Shown one piece after another: positions 50,915-62,372 of a DNA stretch of 64,000 bases; position 1 is the stretch's first letter; every line of letters starts with the position of its first letter. Location of the stretch: NCBI GenBank assembly GCA_964016885.1, contig OZ024745.1:123876001-123940000 (forward strand), in the 5' to 3' direction. The notes beneath the pieces are model-generated. The model was not told where the DNA came from and made no database searches. It saw only the letters and a list, made by a program, of their open reading frames with translations. The DNA comes from Eledone cirrhosa (lineage: Eukaryota). A program made the translations under genes and the position numbers.

Positions 50915-51189
50915 CTCTAAGCTGTTGTGAAAGGCAGCCCATTCTAGGAGAGCAGGTACTCTGAATAAAAACTGATACAAGGTAAAGAGGACTCTTAAAT
51001 TTTAACAGACAACTTCACTAATATTTGTGGAGATAAATAATGCACTATGTCCATGCTGTAAAGTGGTTGATGATAGGAAGAGCATCTAACCAGAAAACTT
51101 CTACCAAAATACCATGATTGGCACAACATACAGTATTAAAAATAATTGTGTAAACAGAGCTAATATCAATGATGTTAGTGCAGTGCACA

Positions 51190-51700
51190 GTAGTTGGTGG
51201 CTGACCTAGTCATGTGCGAGAACTCCGAGAGAGCCATCAAACAATTGCACATCCATTTTCCATTTTAAGTACAGAAAGTTAATGCCATTGATGTGGGTAC
51301 ATTGAAAGATAGATGAGAATATTGTGGAGATGCTTGAGATATGAGTGGATGTGTGTTGTATTGAAGAGGTGAGATGGAATTGTGCCTTAGCAAGACTACT
51401 CACAGACAAACAGCTTAGATATAAGCTTTTCTGGGTAGGAAGTGATAATGGCTTAGGTGGAGTAGTGGATAGATAAAGTAATTGAGATAGTTAGAGTAAG
51501 TGACATAATTATCAAGCTCAGAATAATCATAAGTAATAGAATAACAACTATTATCTCTGGCTATGCACCGAGTTTGGGACTGAGTAGAGAACAAAAGAAT
51601 AGATTCTATGGGAAACTCTTACAGTCAACTTAAGTTATAGATTTCACAAACATTATCATCCTATCTGGCAAACATCAATGGAGATGTTGGGCAGCACTTA
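51190..51700 (+). pseudogene. RTE apurinic endonuclease remnant (LINE 5' region)
   Basis: Fragments VGTLK..IVEMLE..VDVCCIEEVRW, YKLFWVG..GGV and ISGYAP. Confidence 0.7.
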
Positions 51701-51870
51701 AATGGCAATAGTAATGATGATTTATCTAGATTTGATTTCCTCCATAATCACAGACAAGATTCTGTTTCAAAGATTTTGACTTCTCTTCAGTGTGATGTTT
51801 GTTACAAGTTAAGTAAATAAATAAAAAATAACTGTATCATAGACAATAGTAATTCTAGGACAGTTGACAG

Positions 51871-51942
51871 ATGACGATATTGCAAATGTGTTTAGCTTCA
51901 TCACACCAATTGTTGTACATCAAACAAAAATATGATCTACAA
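51871..51942 (+). CDS. weak candidate 72-nt phase 0-0 exon (MTILQMCLASSHQLLYIKQKYDLQ)
   Basis: TTGACAG acceptor (poor pyrimidine tract), GTATGT donor, frame-compatible with the flanking candidates. Confidence 0.3.
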
Positions 51943-52095
51943 GTATGTTTCTAACAAGTACAAGATTTTGAGTGGTTAGTATGATTCCTCAATGATGTAA
52001 TTGCTTCAGTTTCAAAATACTATTTCTAATTAAGTTACTTGCTAAACAAGTACAACTCTGATCTGATATTTCTATTTCTACTATTATTTATTACC

Positions 52096-52311
52096 TTAAC
52101 CCTTTAGCATTTAAATTGGCCATATCCAGCCAGAATCCTCTCATTTCTTTCTGTACAAGCTGACCATAACCAGCCACTCATACTGACATTAAGGTATCTT
52201 TCTCAAAATAAATAATGACATCATCAAAATCTTGTAAATTCCATATTATGTGAGATAAAGCTTTAACCATGAAAATATGATAGCAGAGTAATGTAAATGC
52301 TAAAGGGTTAA
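52096..52311. mobile_element. piggyBac-type MITE family A
   Basis: Perfect TTAA-CCCTTTAGCATTTA / TAAATGCTAAAGGG-TTAA. Confidence 0.9.
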
Positions 52312-52625
52312 ATGATGTGTTAAAATATATGAAGAGTTTTCCTCATGGTTGATCCTTTTGATACCAAACCTCTGAAAGCTACTTTGGTTCTGCAATACTA
52401 AGTTGTTTATTTTAAGTGCTTGTATTTATCTAAAAACCTTCCATCATGATTTATATAAGTACCTTTATAAAGTTATGTACCAAACACGAACTTGTTAATG
52501 AGAAAGCTATTTTACTAAATATTTTCAAATTATTGATTATTTTTAAAAGGATTTGAAAATCACAAAGTGTCTCTTGTTAGAAATATGGTAACAAAAAAGT
52601 TCAAGACTTACAAAGTAAGGAAATA

Positions 52626-52825
52626 TTAACCCTTTAGCATTTACATTACTCTGTATTTACCATTATATTTTCACATTATATTCTCACATAATATCAAATC
52701 TATGAGATTTTGGTATTATTTATTTTGAGAATAATAACTTAACATCAGTATGAGTGGCTGGTGACAACCGGTTTCAACAGAAAGAGGTGAGATAATTCTG
52801 GCCAGTTTGAATGCTAAAGGGTTAA
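52626..52825. mobile_element. piggyBac-type MITE family A
   Basis: TTAA-CCCTTTAGCATT / AATGCTAAAGGG-TTAA. Confidence 0.9.
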
Positions 52826-52873
52826 TCATAACTTACTTTACTGTACCAGCTCAATTATTTTATTGTTTTTAAG

Positions 52874-52945
52874 GTGTTGGATGAAAGAAATTTTGGGGAA
52901 TATAAATGGATACACAAACGCAAAAGAGCTATCCTAGAAGGCGAG
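52874..52945 (+). CDS. putative 72-nt internal exon (VLDERNFGEYKWIHKRKRAILEGE)
   Basis: TTTTATTGTTTTTAAG acceptor, GAG|GTAAGA donor; only phase 0 is open, matching the upstream phase 0 donor. Confidence 0.6.
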
Positions 52946-54214
52946 GTAAGAAGCGAATCTCTTTTCAAATAAATATTTTTATTTTTTTTATTTTTTTTTT
53001 TTACCAATCATTTTCACTTTTTTTTAAAATTGTATTTACTCTTCATTATGTCAAGGACACGAGAACCTCTCTAGTGCTGGTGTCATGATAAGATACACCC
53101 ACTATACTCTAAAGGGGTTGGCATAAGAAAGGGCATCCAGTTGCAGATCTGTGCAAAAACTGAACTGCAAGCAAGTGATACTCCCCTCCCTTAAAAGCAG
53201 ACATAAAATGATGATAATGTATATCTAAACTATAATAAAGGAAGGTCTGCGGGACTCCATACGGTTTTGTTTTTTTATCCCGTTAGTAAAATAAGTTGGA
53301 TTACTTTGAATAAATAATGAATGAATATTACATAATTTATCTACTAAATTTTGTAAACAAAAATAATTTTGTAAAAATAAATAATTTAAAATTGACTTCT
53401 TTTCAAAGTTGCGCTTCCAGTATATCGTTGCCACCACCACCACTTCAACTACCATATATATAGAAAGAGAGAGTGTGTGATGTCAACACTTCCGGTGGCG
53501 ATTTTATTTGATGTATCATATCTACATGTATATATACTTGCGTATAATATCAATATACATACTACACGTGCTAGCAGAAAACCACCGAAGGGGTGGTTTT
53601 TCTGTTAGTATTTGTTAATGATGCAGATTTTTATTAATATGATGTTCACAAGCCAAAGCTGAAGCATGTAGACAATATGCCCTCCCACTGCAAAGTGGTC
53701 GTGGAGATGTCACGACAAAAAAAGCACCCAGCCCACAGTGTAAGGGCTGTGTAGGTGCCACAGAAAAAAAGCACCCAGCACTCACTGTAAATGAGGTTGG
53801 TGTTAGGAAGGGGAAACAGTTGTAGAAATCAAGCCAAAATCAGTTCCCGTATGAGCAAGACTAGGTCACCCAACCTGACATTGCCCACAACAGGACAACC
53901 TGTCTAACCCATGCTAGCGTGGAAGAATGTACGTAAAACGGTGATGATGTGATTTATAAGGGTGATGCTAACATAAATAGCAGCAAGGTGTTATTTGAAT
54001 GCATTAATGTGGTGATTTAGAGCATCAGCTAGAATGCATTATGACACTTGTTCCATCTGTCGGCACTCTCAGTTCAAATCCAGTCAAAATCAACTTTGCT
54101 ATTCATCTTTTTGAGGCTGATAGAGTACCATCTCCCAATTCTGGAGCAGCCCTCTCTCCCTCCCGCTGCCACAGCCTGGCTGTTCTATTGGATCAACAGT
54201 AAGGAGATCTAGGG

Positions 54215-54401
54215 CAGGCATATCAAACTGAAGGTCCCCCAAGCGCCACATGGGTCACATATGTGTTTTTTTGAAGGCCACACATGTCAACTAATTTTTT
54301 TAATTTTATATTACGAAGAGCAAACATGATCGCGCTGTAAAAACCAGGTGTGCTTGCAAAGGGTCGCATGCAGCGTGCGGGCTGCATGTTTGACATGCCT
54401 G
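54215..54401. mobile_element. hAT MITE
   Basis: CAGGCATATCAAAC / GTTTGACATGCCTG; TSD ATCTAGGG/ATTTAGGG. Confidence 0.85.
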
Positions 54402-54732
54402 ATTTAGGGAGTACCTGCTCACAGCTACATGTGCATCTAAACTCATTTGGAGCAGCATGGTAAATGTTGATACCAAGCCATCCTTGATTTCTTAAATGAA
54501 AATGTTATTGTCTCTACAAATGTTTGTATTTGCTTAAACTGCTGGCTACTGGCTACTGTAGGATTTCCTCCCTAAAACTAACCAATCAACTGTTAATTGT
54601 TGGTAGTTCTTATTTTCCAGCTCACTGACTCAGTAATATTATAATGCCTATGGAGGGTTTCAACAATACTATGCTTATTCAGCTACATTGCTTTTCAATT
54701 AGCTCATATATCTGAGTTTGTGATTGTATATA

Positions 54733-54789
<57 letters not shown>

Positions 54790-54900
54790 TTATATATATA
54801 TATATACGAAAACCAACCAAACAGTGAGTGTGTTCTGTTATTAATTCTGGCAATATTACGCAAATATGACCCTCCCCAAGTATAACAATATTTATATATA

Positions 54901-54952
<52 letters not shown>

Positions 54953-55072
54953 AACGAGTAGGACCCCGACGGCTGAGCTCAAGCCGTTTCGACGGCTAAT
55001 TCTGGACTGAGTTATGGTCCACCTGGTTCCTTACCACATTTCCTTCGTTATATATATATATATTTATATATA

Positions 55073-56266
55073 GCAGGGACTAGAAAGAAAGGGTCTCAAA
55101 GTCAACATGACAAAGACTAAGGTCCTTGTAAGTAGACAAGAAAACAGAACCCAGATCCCCTCAGGGAAATGGCCTTGCTCAGTATGTAGGAAAGGTGTAG
55201 GTAGGAACTCCATTCTCTGCCCCAAATGCAAACAATGGTTACACAAGAGATGTAGCAGGATCTCAGGAAACTTAATTAAGAATGTAGGCTTCACATGCAG
55301 CAACTGTGCTGGGACAGCAGGCAGCAAACAGCCACATGAAACAAGTACCACCAATCTCTGGGAGGGCTCTGTAGAGACAGTAGACAGCTTCTGCTACCTA
55401 GGTGACCGAATTAGCAGCGGAGGTGGGTGTTCAGTAAGTACAATAACTAGGGTTAGAACGGGATGGAAGAAGTTCAGGGAGCTACTGCCACTGCTAGCTG
55501 CAAAAGGCTTCTCCTTCAAAATGAAAGGCAGACTGTATGATGCGTGTATCCAAACAACAATGTTACATGGTAGTGAGACCTGGGCGCTGAAGGTGGAAGA
55601 CTTACGTAGATTAGAGAGAAACGAAGCCTGCATGCTCCGATGGATGTGTAATAGTAATATACGCGTACGACAAAGCATAAATGAATTGAGAGAGAGACTG
55701 AGCATAAGAGGAATCAAATGCTGTGTGCAGGAGAGGCGGTTGCGTTGGTATGGACATGTGATGCGTATGAAGGATGACAGCTGCATATAAAGGTGCAGAG
55801 CACTAGAAGTCAATGGAAACCGCGGAGTGGGGAGACCCAAGAAGACCTGAGATGAGGTGATAAAAGCCGACCTTACCCAATTACACCTCTCAAAGGCGAT
55901 GACACACGACCGTGACCTCTGGCGTCACGCAGTAATACAGAGTACCCGACCTCCCATGGGTACAAGCTGAAGCATATAGACAATATGCCCCCACACCCTC
56001 CCACTGCAAGGTGGTCGTCGAGGTGCCACGGCAAAAAAGCACCCAGCCCATACTGTAAAGTGGACGTGTAGGCGCCACGAAAAAGCACCCAACACTCACT
56101 GTAAATGAGGTTGGTGTTAGGAAGGGCATCCAGCTGTAGAAATCAAGCCAAATCAGTTCCTGTATGAGCAAGGCATGGTCAGCCGACCAGACACTGCCCA
56201 CAACAGGACAACCTGTCTAACTCATGCTAGCGTGGAAGAACGGACATAAAACGGTCATGATGATGA
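55073..56266 (+). mobile_element. 5'-truncated RTE LINE with PHD-like finger
   Basis: 227-aa ORF 55107-55790; 3'UTR subrepeats; (GAT)n tail; (TA)n flanks. Confidence 0.93.
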
Positions 56267-56297
56267 TAATATATATATATATATTTCTATATATATA

Positions 56298-56645
56298 CTA
56301 GCAGATTTACCCGGCGTTGCTCGGGGTTTGAAATTATGCTAAGAATATACAGCTAGGAAGTAAAAGAACATTATTTGTCCCCAACCTGTCAAAATAAGCA
56401 GTCTCTTTATAAGGATTGTCACTAAAGTTTGTTATCTCCCTTACATCAATTTTTCTACCGATAATTTTGATATCGATTTTTTATTGCTCAATGTGGGTCG
56501 ATTTGAAAAATGTTTGTGATGTGACAATCTTAGCGACCTGTGCAACGTGCACAGAAAATTTGGTCAAATTCGGTTGGTAATTGTAAAAGCCTTAAGTATG
56601 CAAAGTTGTACACAGACACACACACATCCTCGCTTTTATATATAT
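56298..56645 (-). mobile_element. non-autonomous Helitron
   Basis: A-CTAG plus hairpin CCCGGCGTTGCTCGGG; TATATATAAAA 5' end on minus; another 5' piece at ~57450-57560. Confidence 0.7.
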
Positions 56646-56803
56646 ATATAAATATATATATATATAAATATAAGAGAGAAAGAAATAAAAAATATTTTTC
56701 TTCCTAATAATCGTCTCTTCCTCCCTGTTTTCACATATATATAATCTCCAGGAGATTCCAACCAGAGTATGTCAATATTTATTTATAAAACTAACCTATA
56801 TTA

Positions 56804-56869
56804 TATTTTATCTGATGAAAGCGCACCATAGTTTGCCTTGGTGGCCCTTGAAATATGTATAATGAAATA
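56804..56869 (+). ncRNA. minimal hammerhead ribozyme (family H1)
   Basis: TATTTTAT-CTGATGA-AAGCGCACCA..TGGTGGCCCTT-GAAA-TATGTA-TA-ATGAAATA. Confidence 0.65.
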
Positions 56870-57025
56870 AATATGGTTTTATAAATATAGTTTCCATTTG
56901 TTAATATATTAGCTATATTAAAGTTAGATGAATGGCGCCCAAAGGGTTAATGTATATTGGCAAGAAGTTTTTTGAATAATAAAAGACAGGTTAAGTCAAT
57001 TGCATAAACTCATAATCCTTTATTT

Positions 57026-57081
57026 ACTGCTATATATATTTCGATGATAGCCATTGAATGGCTATGACCTCATAAGGCAGT
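57026..57081 (-). ncRNA. hammerhead motif with one core substitution (CTTATGA)
   Basis: ACTGC/GCAGT stem I, ATAGCCAT/ATGGCTAT stem II, GAAA-TATATA-TA. Confidence 0.5.
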
Positions 57082-57187
57082 TAGTCAGTTCTTAGATATG
57101 CCAGCTCTGTGTTTATAGTGTTGATGGTATCAGAGCCTTGGGACATATATATATATATATATATGTATATGTGTATATATGTGTGTG

Positions 57188-57231
<44 letters not shown>

Positions 57232-57699
57232 AGTATATATGTATATATATGTGTGTGTGTGTATGTGTGTGAATGTAGCGAAGATAATACATTACATCGG
57301 CAATGACGTGTTCGTCAGAATGTCGATATGCAGACAGCTAGACATACAGACAGATATTATAAGGGCTCGACAGAGATCGATAAACAGCGCCTAACACCTC
57401 TTTAACAACAGAAAATTGAAAAATAAAAGCTGCAGTTAGTATCTTTAAACTGCAAGGAATATATAAATGCAAGTTTGAAGTCAATCGGAGTAGAAATGTG
57501 GATTTGTATAGACTTTTCAAAAATGAGGGCACACACACAGGCAACAACAGTTTTATATATATTTATTTATATATATATTTATATATATATATTTATTTAT
57601 ATATATATTTATTTATATATATTTATATATATATATTTATTTATATATATATTTATTTATATATATATTTATTTATATATATATTTATTTATATATATA

Positions 57700-57824
57700 T
57701 TTATTTATATATATATTTCAAGGGTACCAAAAACTTTGGTACGCTTTCATCAGATAAAATACAAAGTGTGTTTTATAAATTTTGACATAGCCAAGGAACA
57801 TACGTTATCAGTTGTATTTTCCTT

Positions 57825-57826
<2 letters not shown>
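57700..57826 (-). ncRNA. family H1 hammerhead with its 3' side merged into microsatellite
   Basis: Minus TATTTTAT-CTGATGA-AAGCGTACCAAAG..TTTGGTACCCTT-GAAATATATATA; close to the 29606 copy. Confidence 0.55.
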
Positions 57827-57867
<41 letters not shown>

Positions 57868-58039
57868 TGCCTGTGTGTGTGTCTGTAAATGTCACCAGCA
57901 TAACTGAATGCTCCCTCTATCCCACTTACATAAAGTTGTAATTTACTGGGTTTTTCAGCTATTACTAGGAAGAAATAACCTACAATACATGCAACCTGAG
58001 GTCAATTAGTTTGATTCAACTGAAAGCACAGATAAATAT

Positions 58040-58300
58040 ACTACACCACACAACACTACACCACATTACACTACACCATACTACACTACACAACACTACA
58101 TTACACCACACTACACAATACTACACTACACCACATTACACTACACTACACTACACCACATTACACTACACTACACTACACTGCACCGCGCTGTGCTACA
58201 CTACACTACACTACACCACACCAAACTACACTACACTGCACCACACTACACCACACCACACCACACTACACTACACTACACCTCACTACACTACACTACA
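58040..58300. repeat. (ACACT)n pentanucleotide microsatellite
   Basis: Direct reading. Confidence 0.95.
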
Positions 58301-58346
58301 GTAAGAATATACATAACACGCATTGATGTATGTATTTATATATGTT

Positions 58347-58379
<33 letters not shown>

Positions 58380-59247
58380 TTATATATGTATATGTATATG
58401 TTTGGTGTATGGTTATTTATATATATATGTATGTGTGTATGTGTGTGTGTTTATATATGTGTGCATATGTTTATGTGTGTGTGTGTGTTTATATATATAT
58501 ATATGTTTATTGTGTGTTTGTGTGTGTGTTTATATATGTGTTTGTGTGTGTGTGTTTATATATGTGTTTATGTGTGTGTGTTTATATATATGTGTTTATG
58601 TGTGTGTTTATATATATATGTTTGTGTGTGTGTGTGGTTATATATATATATGTGTTTGTGTGTGTTTATACATATGTATATACACACACACATACACATC
58701 ATCATTTAACATCCATTTTCCCTACTAGCAAGGATAGGTGTCTATATATATATATATATATAAGTAAGAATATTTTTGAAACAGCAAGTGGGTGTGAAAT
58801 TATTAGAAATGTAAGCTATCGCCGTATTTTGACTAAAATTAGAAGGTATAAACTTAACGACTGTAATGTCAAGTAAGAATATTTTCGAAACAGCGTTTTG
58901 CTGTTTCGAAAATATTCTTACTTGACATTACAGTTGCTAAGTTTATAGCTTCTAATTTGAATGGAAAAAGACGGGTGATGTGTTGGTGTAAATGGTAGCA
59001 CAGTGGTCCGGATAACCAAAGATGTGAGTTTGACTCCAATGTACGTCAATACTCATCTTTTTCCATTTCTCCAAGGGTTCTTAACCCCAATATCAGGGTA
59101 AATAATTTCTTTAATTTCTTTAGTCAAAATACGGCGATAGCTTTCATTTCTAATAATTTCAAACCCATTCGCTGTTTAGAAAATATTCTTACTTGACATT
59201 ACAGTCGCTAAGTTTATAGCTTCTAATTTGAATGGAAAGAGACGGGT

Positions 59248-59319
59248 GATGTGTTGGTGTAAATGGTAGCACAGTGGTCCGGATAACCAAAGATGTGGGT
59301 TCGACTCCCATGTACGTCA
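59248..59319 (+). ncRNA. 72-nt tRNA-like sequence (non-canonical anticodon arm) in a 271-bp tandem unit; second copy at 58977-59048
   Basis: Cloverleaf: GATGTGT/GTACGTC, GTGT/GCAC, TGGT/ACCA with loop CCGGATA, GTGGG-TTCGACT-CCCAT; A and B boxes; T6 run just downstream. Confidence 0.65.
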
Positions 59320-59659
59320 ATACTCATTTTTTCCATTTCTCCGAGGGTTCTTAACCCCACTATCAGGCTAAATAATTTCTTTAATATATATATATATATA
59401 TATATATAAATGGAATAGAATGAAACGAAATTTCATTTCTCACTCTTAGTACAGCAGTATACATACATACATACTTACATTTAAGTAACTGCCGTACTAA
59501 GAGTGAGAAATGAAATTTTGTTTCATTCTATTCCATTTATCATTTTCAGTGTGCCCGGCCGACTAAACTCACTCGATATGCAAATTAGGCTGCTCAGCCG
59601 TTAATATGCATAAGGAAAGTATATACTTTCAGACGTTCAACCATCTGGCAGGAAGGTAT

Positions 59660-59702
59660 ACGATGCTGACGATAGCTAATAAGCTTGAAACTAGTACATC
59701 GT
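59660..59702 (+). ncRNA. minimal type I hammerhead ribozyme
   Basis: ACGATG-CTGACGA-T-AGCT-AATA-AGCT-T-GAA-ACTAGT-A-CATCGT: perfect stem I, palindromic stem III, GUA site at 59696. Confidence 0.8.
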
Positions 59703-61379
59703 TCCTGTGTCAGTGTTGAACAAAAAGGTGACGTGGTTGCCTAAACACTGTACGGCGTAATTCGGGCTGTTTGTTTGTTTACAAACAAACCGAGCATTAT
59801 AATAAATGTTCAGTAAACCGATACATGCATATATATGTGTGTGCATGTATGTATATATATACATACTACTGTACGTCTGTATACATATATGTATGTATAC
59901 ATACATACTTACACATATGTAAATTTTCAATCACATATATTTTTATTGTTTGACCCGAATTACTTGGTCGTTTCTTTGGCTGTGCGGATGTTTGTTTAAC
60001 CATCGTCTCAGTGTGTTTGGCCTTTAACGTATGTTGTAGCTCTGGTGCATCTGAATCATCGAGCGCTTGCCACACATCTCGGAAGTTGTTTTTCGTTAAT
60101 TCCTAAGCTGAAATACGATTCTTGCTAACTTATATTTGTATATATATATATATATATATACAAAGTCATCATCATCGTCCTGATGTATGCAATGATATAT
60201 CTGTGATTCCAACTGTAAACATATCTGAGAAATAAGTTATTTTTTGTGACCAATTTCCTTTTGTATTTTTCCCTTTATTTATTTATTTATTTATATTTTC
60301 TTTCACCAAATTTGGCCTAAAAGTGGACATTTAGCAAATATTAATAAGTTTCTGTTTGCTAACTTATTTTGGCAAATGGCACTTTGAGTCTGATTTCATT
60401 TTGCTTATTCATTGATTTCAACAATACTGGAGGATTTAAAGTAATTTTTAGGTGAAACACGTCTTTTCTTTGTATGTATATGTGTGTGTACATTGGTGTG
60501 TACACACACATATGAGAGAGAAGGAAATGTAGTAGTTTGTTTTATGTGCTGTAAGTAATTATGCTCTGACAGTCTTTGGATAAAAAACAAAAGTGATAGT
60601 GATAATTTTCTTTTTCTCTCCCACATTCCATGGAGTTCTGTATTCTAGCATTGTTTAACATCCCATCTCTTTCTTGAGGAAATATATATATATAAATAAA
60701 TATATATAACTGTGGTTAGCGTTTTTTTTACTAATAAATTCACAATGTACATATGTTGACTGTAGTTGTGTAACCCAATTAAGAAAGCCTGCCAGACCAC
60801 GTACACTGGTCTATCTTGTGTACTTATTGATAAGAGCAATCTCTGGAATGCATAAACAGCTCAGGAGAAAGTCGCATTTCATCTATATTTGATATGATTG
60901 TGATAAAATGTAATTTTCCAATTAGCTCCCATCGTTGTCTGTTGTGTTTTTTGAATATTAATGAATTGGTTTGGGTTCACTTGTAACTATTTTTGCTTCT
61001 TAGTATAAAGAAAGCATTGTTATTCATATTATTTGGAAACACTTGTATTTCAGAAGTATTCAGTGGTGAAATTTGGAAGGGAAAAATAGGAAAATGTAAT
61101 AGATATAAAGATAAGGATTTGTGTATTTTCTTAGGTGTTTTGAGTTTGTTTGAGGTGGGGGTGGAACAGCAGCAGGTTTGGCAAAAACTTGTATTTCAGA
61201 AGTATTCAATTGGGAAATTAAGAAGGAAAATACAAGAATATACTTGATATAATTGAAAGATTTGGTAAATTTTCTAAGCTGGCTTGGGTTTGGTTAACCT
61301 TTTTGATACCAAACTATCAGAAAATGTCCCTGGTCTTACTACTACTACTGTATAAAGATGTTTATTTTAAAGTGTTTAC

Positions 61380-61813
61380 GTCATCACCATCATTATCATA
61401 GTTTTATATACTCTTTTCCATGCTTGCATTTGGTTGGGTCTTTTCCAGCATCCTCTTGTCATTGCAGTCTTTCACTATCTCCTCTTGTGAGCTTCAGCCA
61501 TTTTGTGTTCAGCTCTCACAACCTCTGTCCTTGGTCTCGCTCTGCTGCAGCTTCCTTCCACTAAGATTTCTTGCCTCTTCACCCAACAATTATTATCCAT
61601 GTGATTCTCATGCTCATACCTACACAGTCTTCTATTCTGCCTACTACATCTGATTCCTCTTATACCCAGCTCATCCATTCATACACATTATCATTGCACA
61701 TCTGTCAGAGCATGCCCAATTCATTTCTCTTTAGCTTTTGCAGTTCCTCTGCATTCAGTGCCCATGTTTCATTGCCATGCGACATTGCACATATATCTAA
61801 AATCCTTGCATCA
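61380..61813 (-). mobile_element. degenerate RTE 3' fragment
   Basis: ELGIRGIRC..RRL and HGNETWAL remnants, (CAT)n tail. Confidence 0.7.
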
Positions 61814-62177
61814 TAATTTTATATAAGAACGTTTGTTATGTTCTAGATGCCAGACTAATCATGTGGAAGTTAGTTATCTCTCTAAATTCTTGATTCTTTT
61901 CAAAATGGTTTGAAGATTGTAGACAGTGTCTTTTATTAGAAATATGGTGACAAAAATTTAAAGTAAGGTGAAAATTTGGAAACACTTGTATTTCAGAAGT
62001 ATTGAATTGTGAAATTGGGAGAATAATAGGAAAATTTACTAGAAATAAAGGAAAGATTTTGTGCGTTTGAGCAGTAATGAACAAGAGCAAATTTTAAATA
62101 AAGAATATCATGGTATTTACAATTATTATTTATTACTGTTTTATTATTTATTATTATAATTATTATTTATTACTGAT

Positions 62178-62372
62178 GGCAGTGGATTGGCAGTATTGGT
62201 AGAGGGTTGGACGCCATGCTTTGCAGCATAAAGTTACGGCCCTTTATGATCTGAGTTCAAATCCCGCCGAGGTTAACTTTGCCTTTTATCCTTATGAGAG
62301 TCGATAAAATAAAGTAGCAGTAATACACTGGGGTAATTGCTGGCCTTGTGCTAAAAGTAGAAACAATTATTT
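62178..62372 (+). mobile_element. Deu/Nin-like SINE, full length
   Basis: GGCAGTGGATTGGCAG head to GTAGAAACAATTAT; ATTATTTATTACTG on both sides. Confidence 0.85.

Noticed and set aside
49519-51942. Annexin-like resemblance of the candidate exon peptides
   Set aside because: Only a loose impression; the GxGTDE motif and conserved Arg are absent, so no gene name was assigned
59248-59319. Functional tRNA-Ser(GGA) gene
   Set aside because: Lacks U33, purine 37 and the long variable arm; has a 27-43 mismatch; lies in a repeat unit
59955-60125. Possible minus-strand hammerhead or GIY-YIG tail
   Set aside because: Core is interrupted (CTCGATGA), stems do not pair convincingly, and the peptide similarity is too short
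61035-62070. Three copies of ACTTGTATTTCAGAAGTATT..GAAATT unit
   Set aside because: Degenerate local duplication with no structural or coding signal
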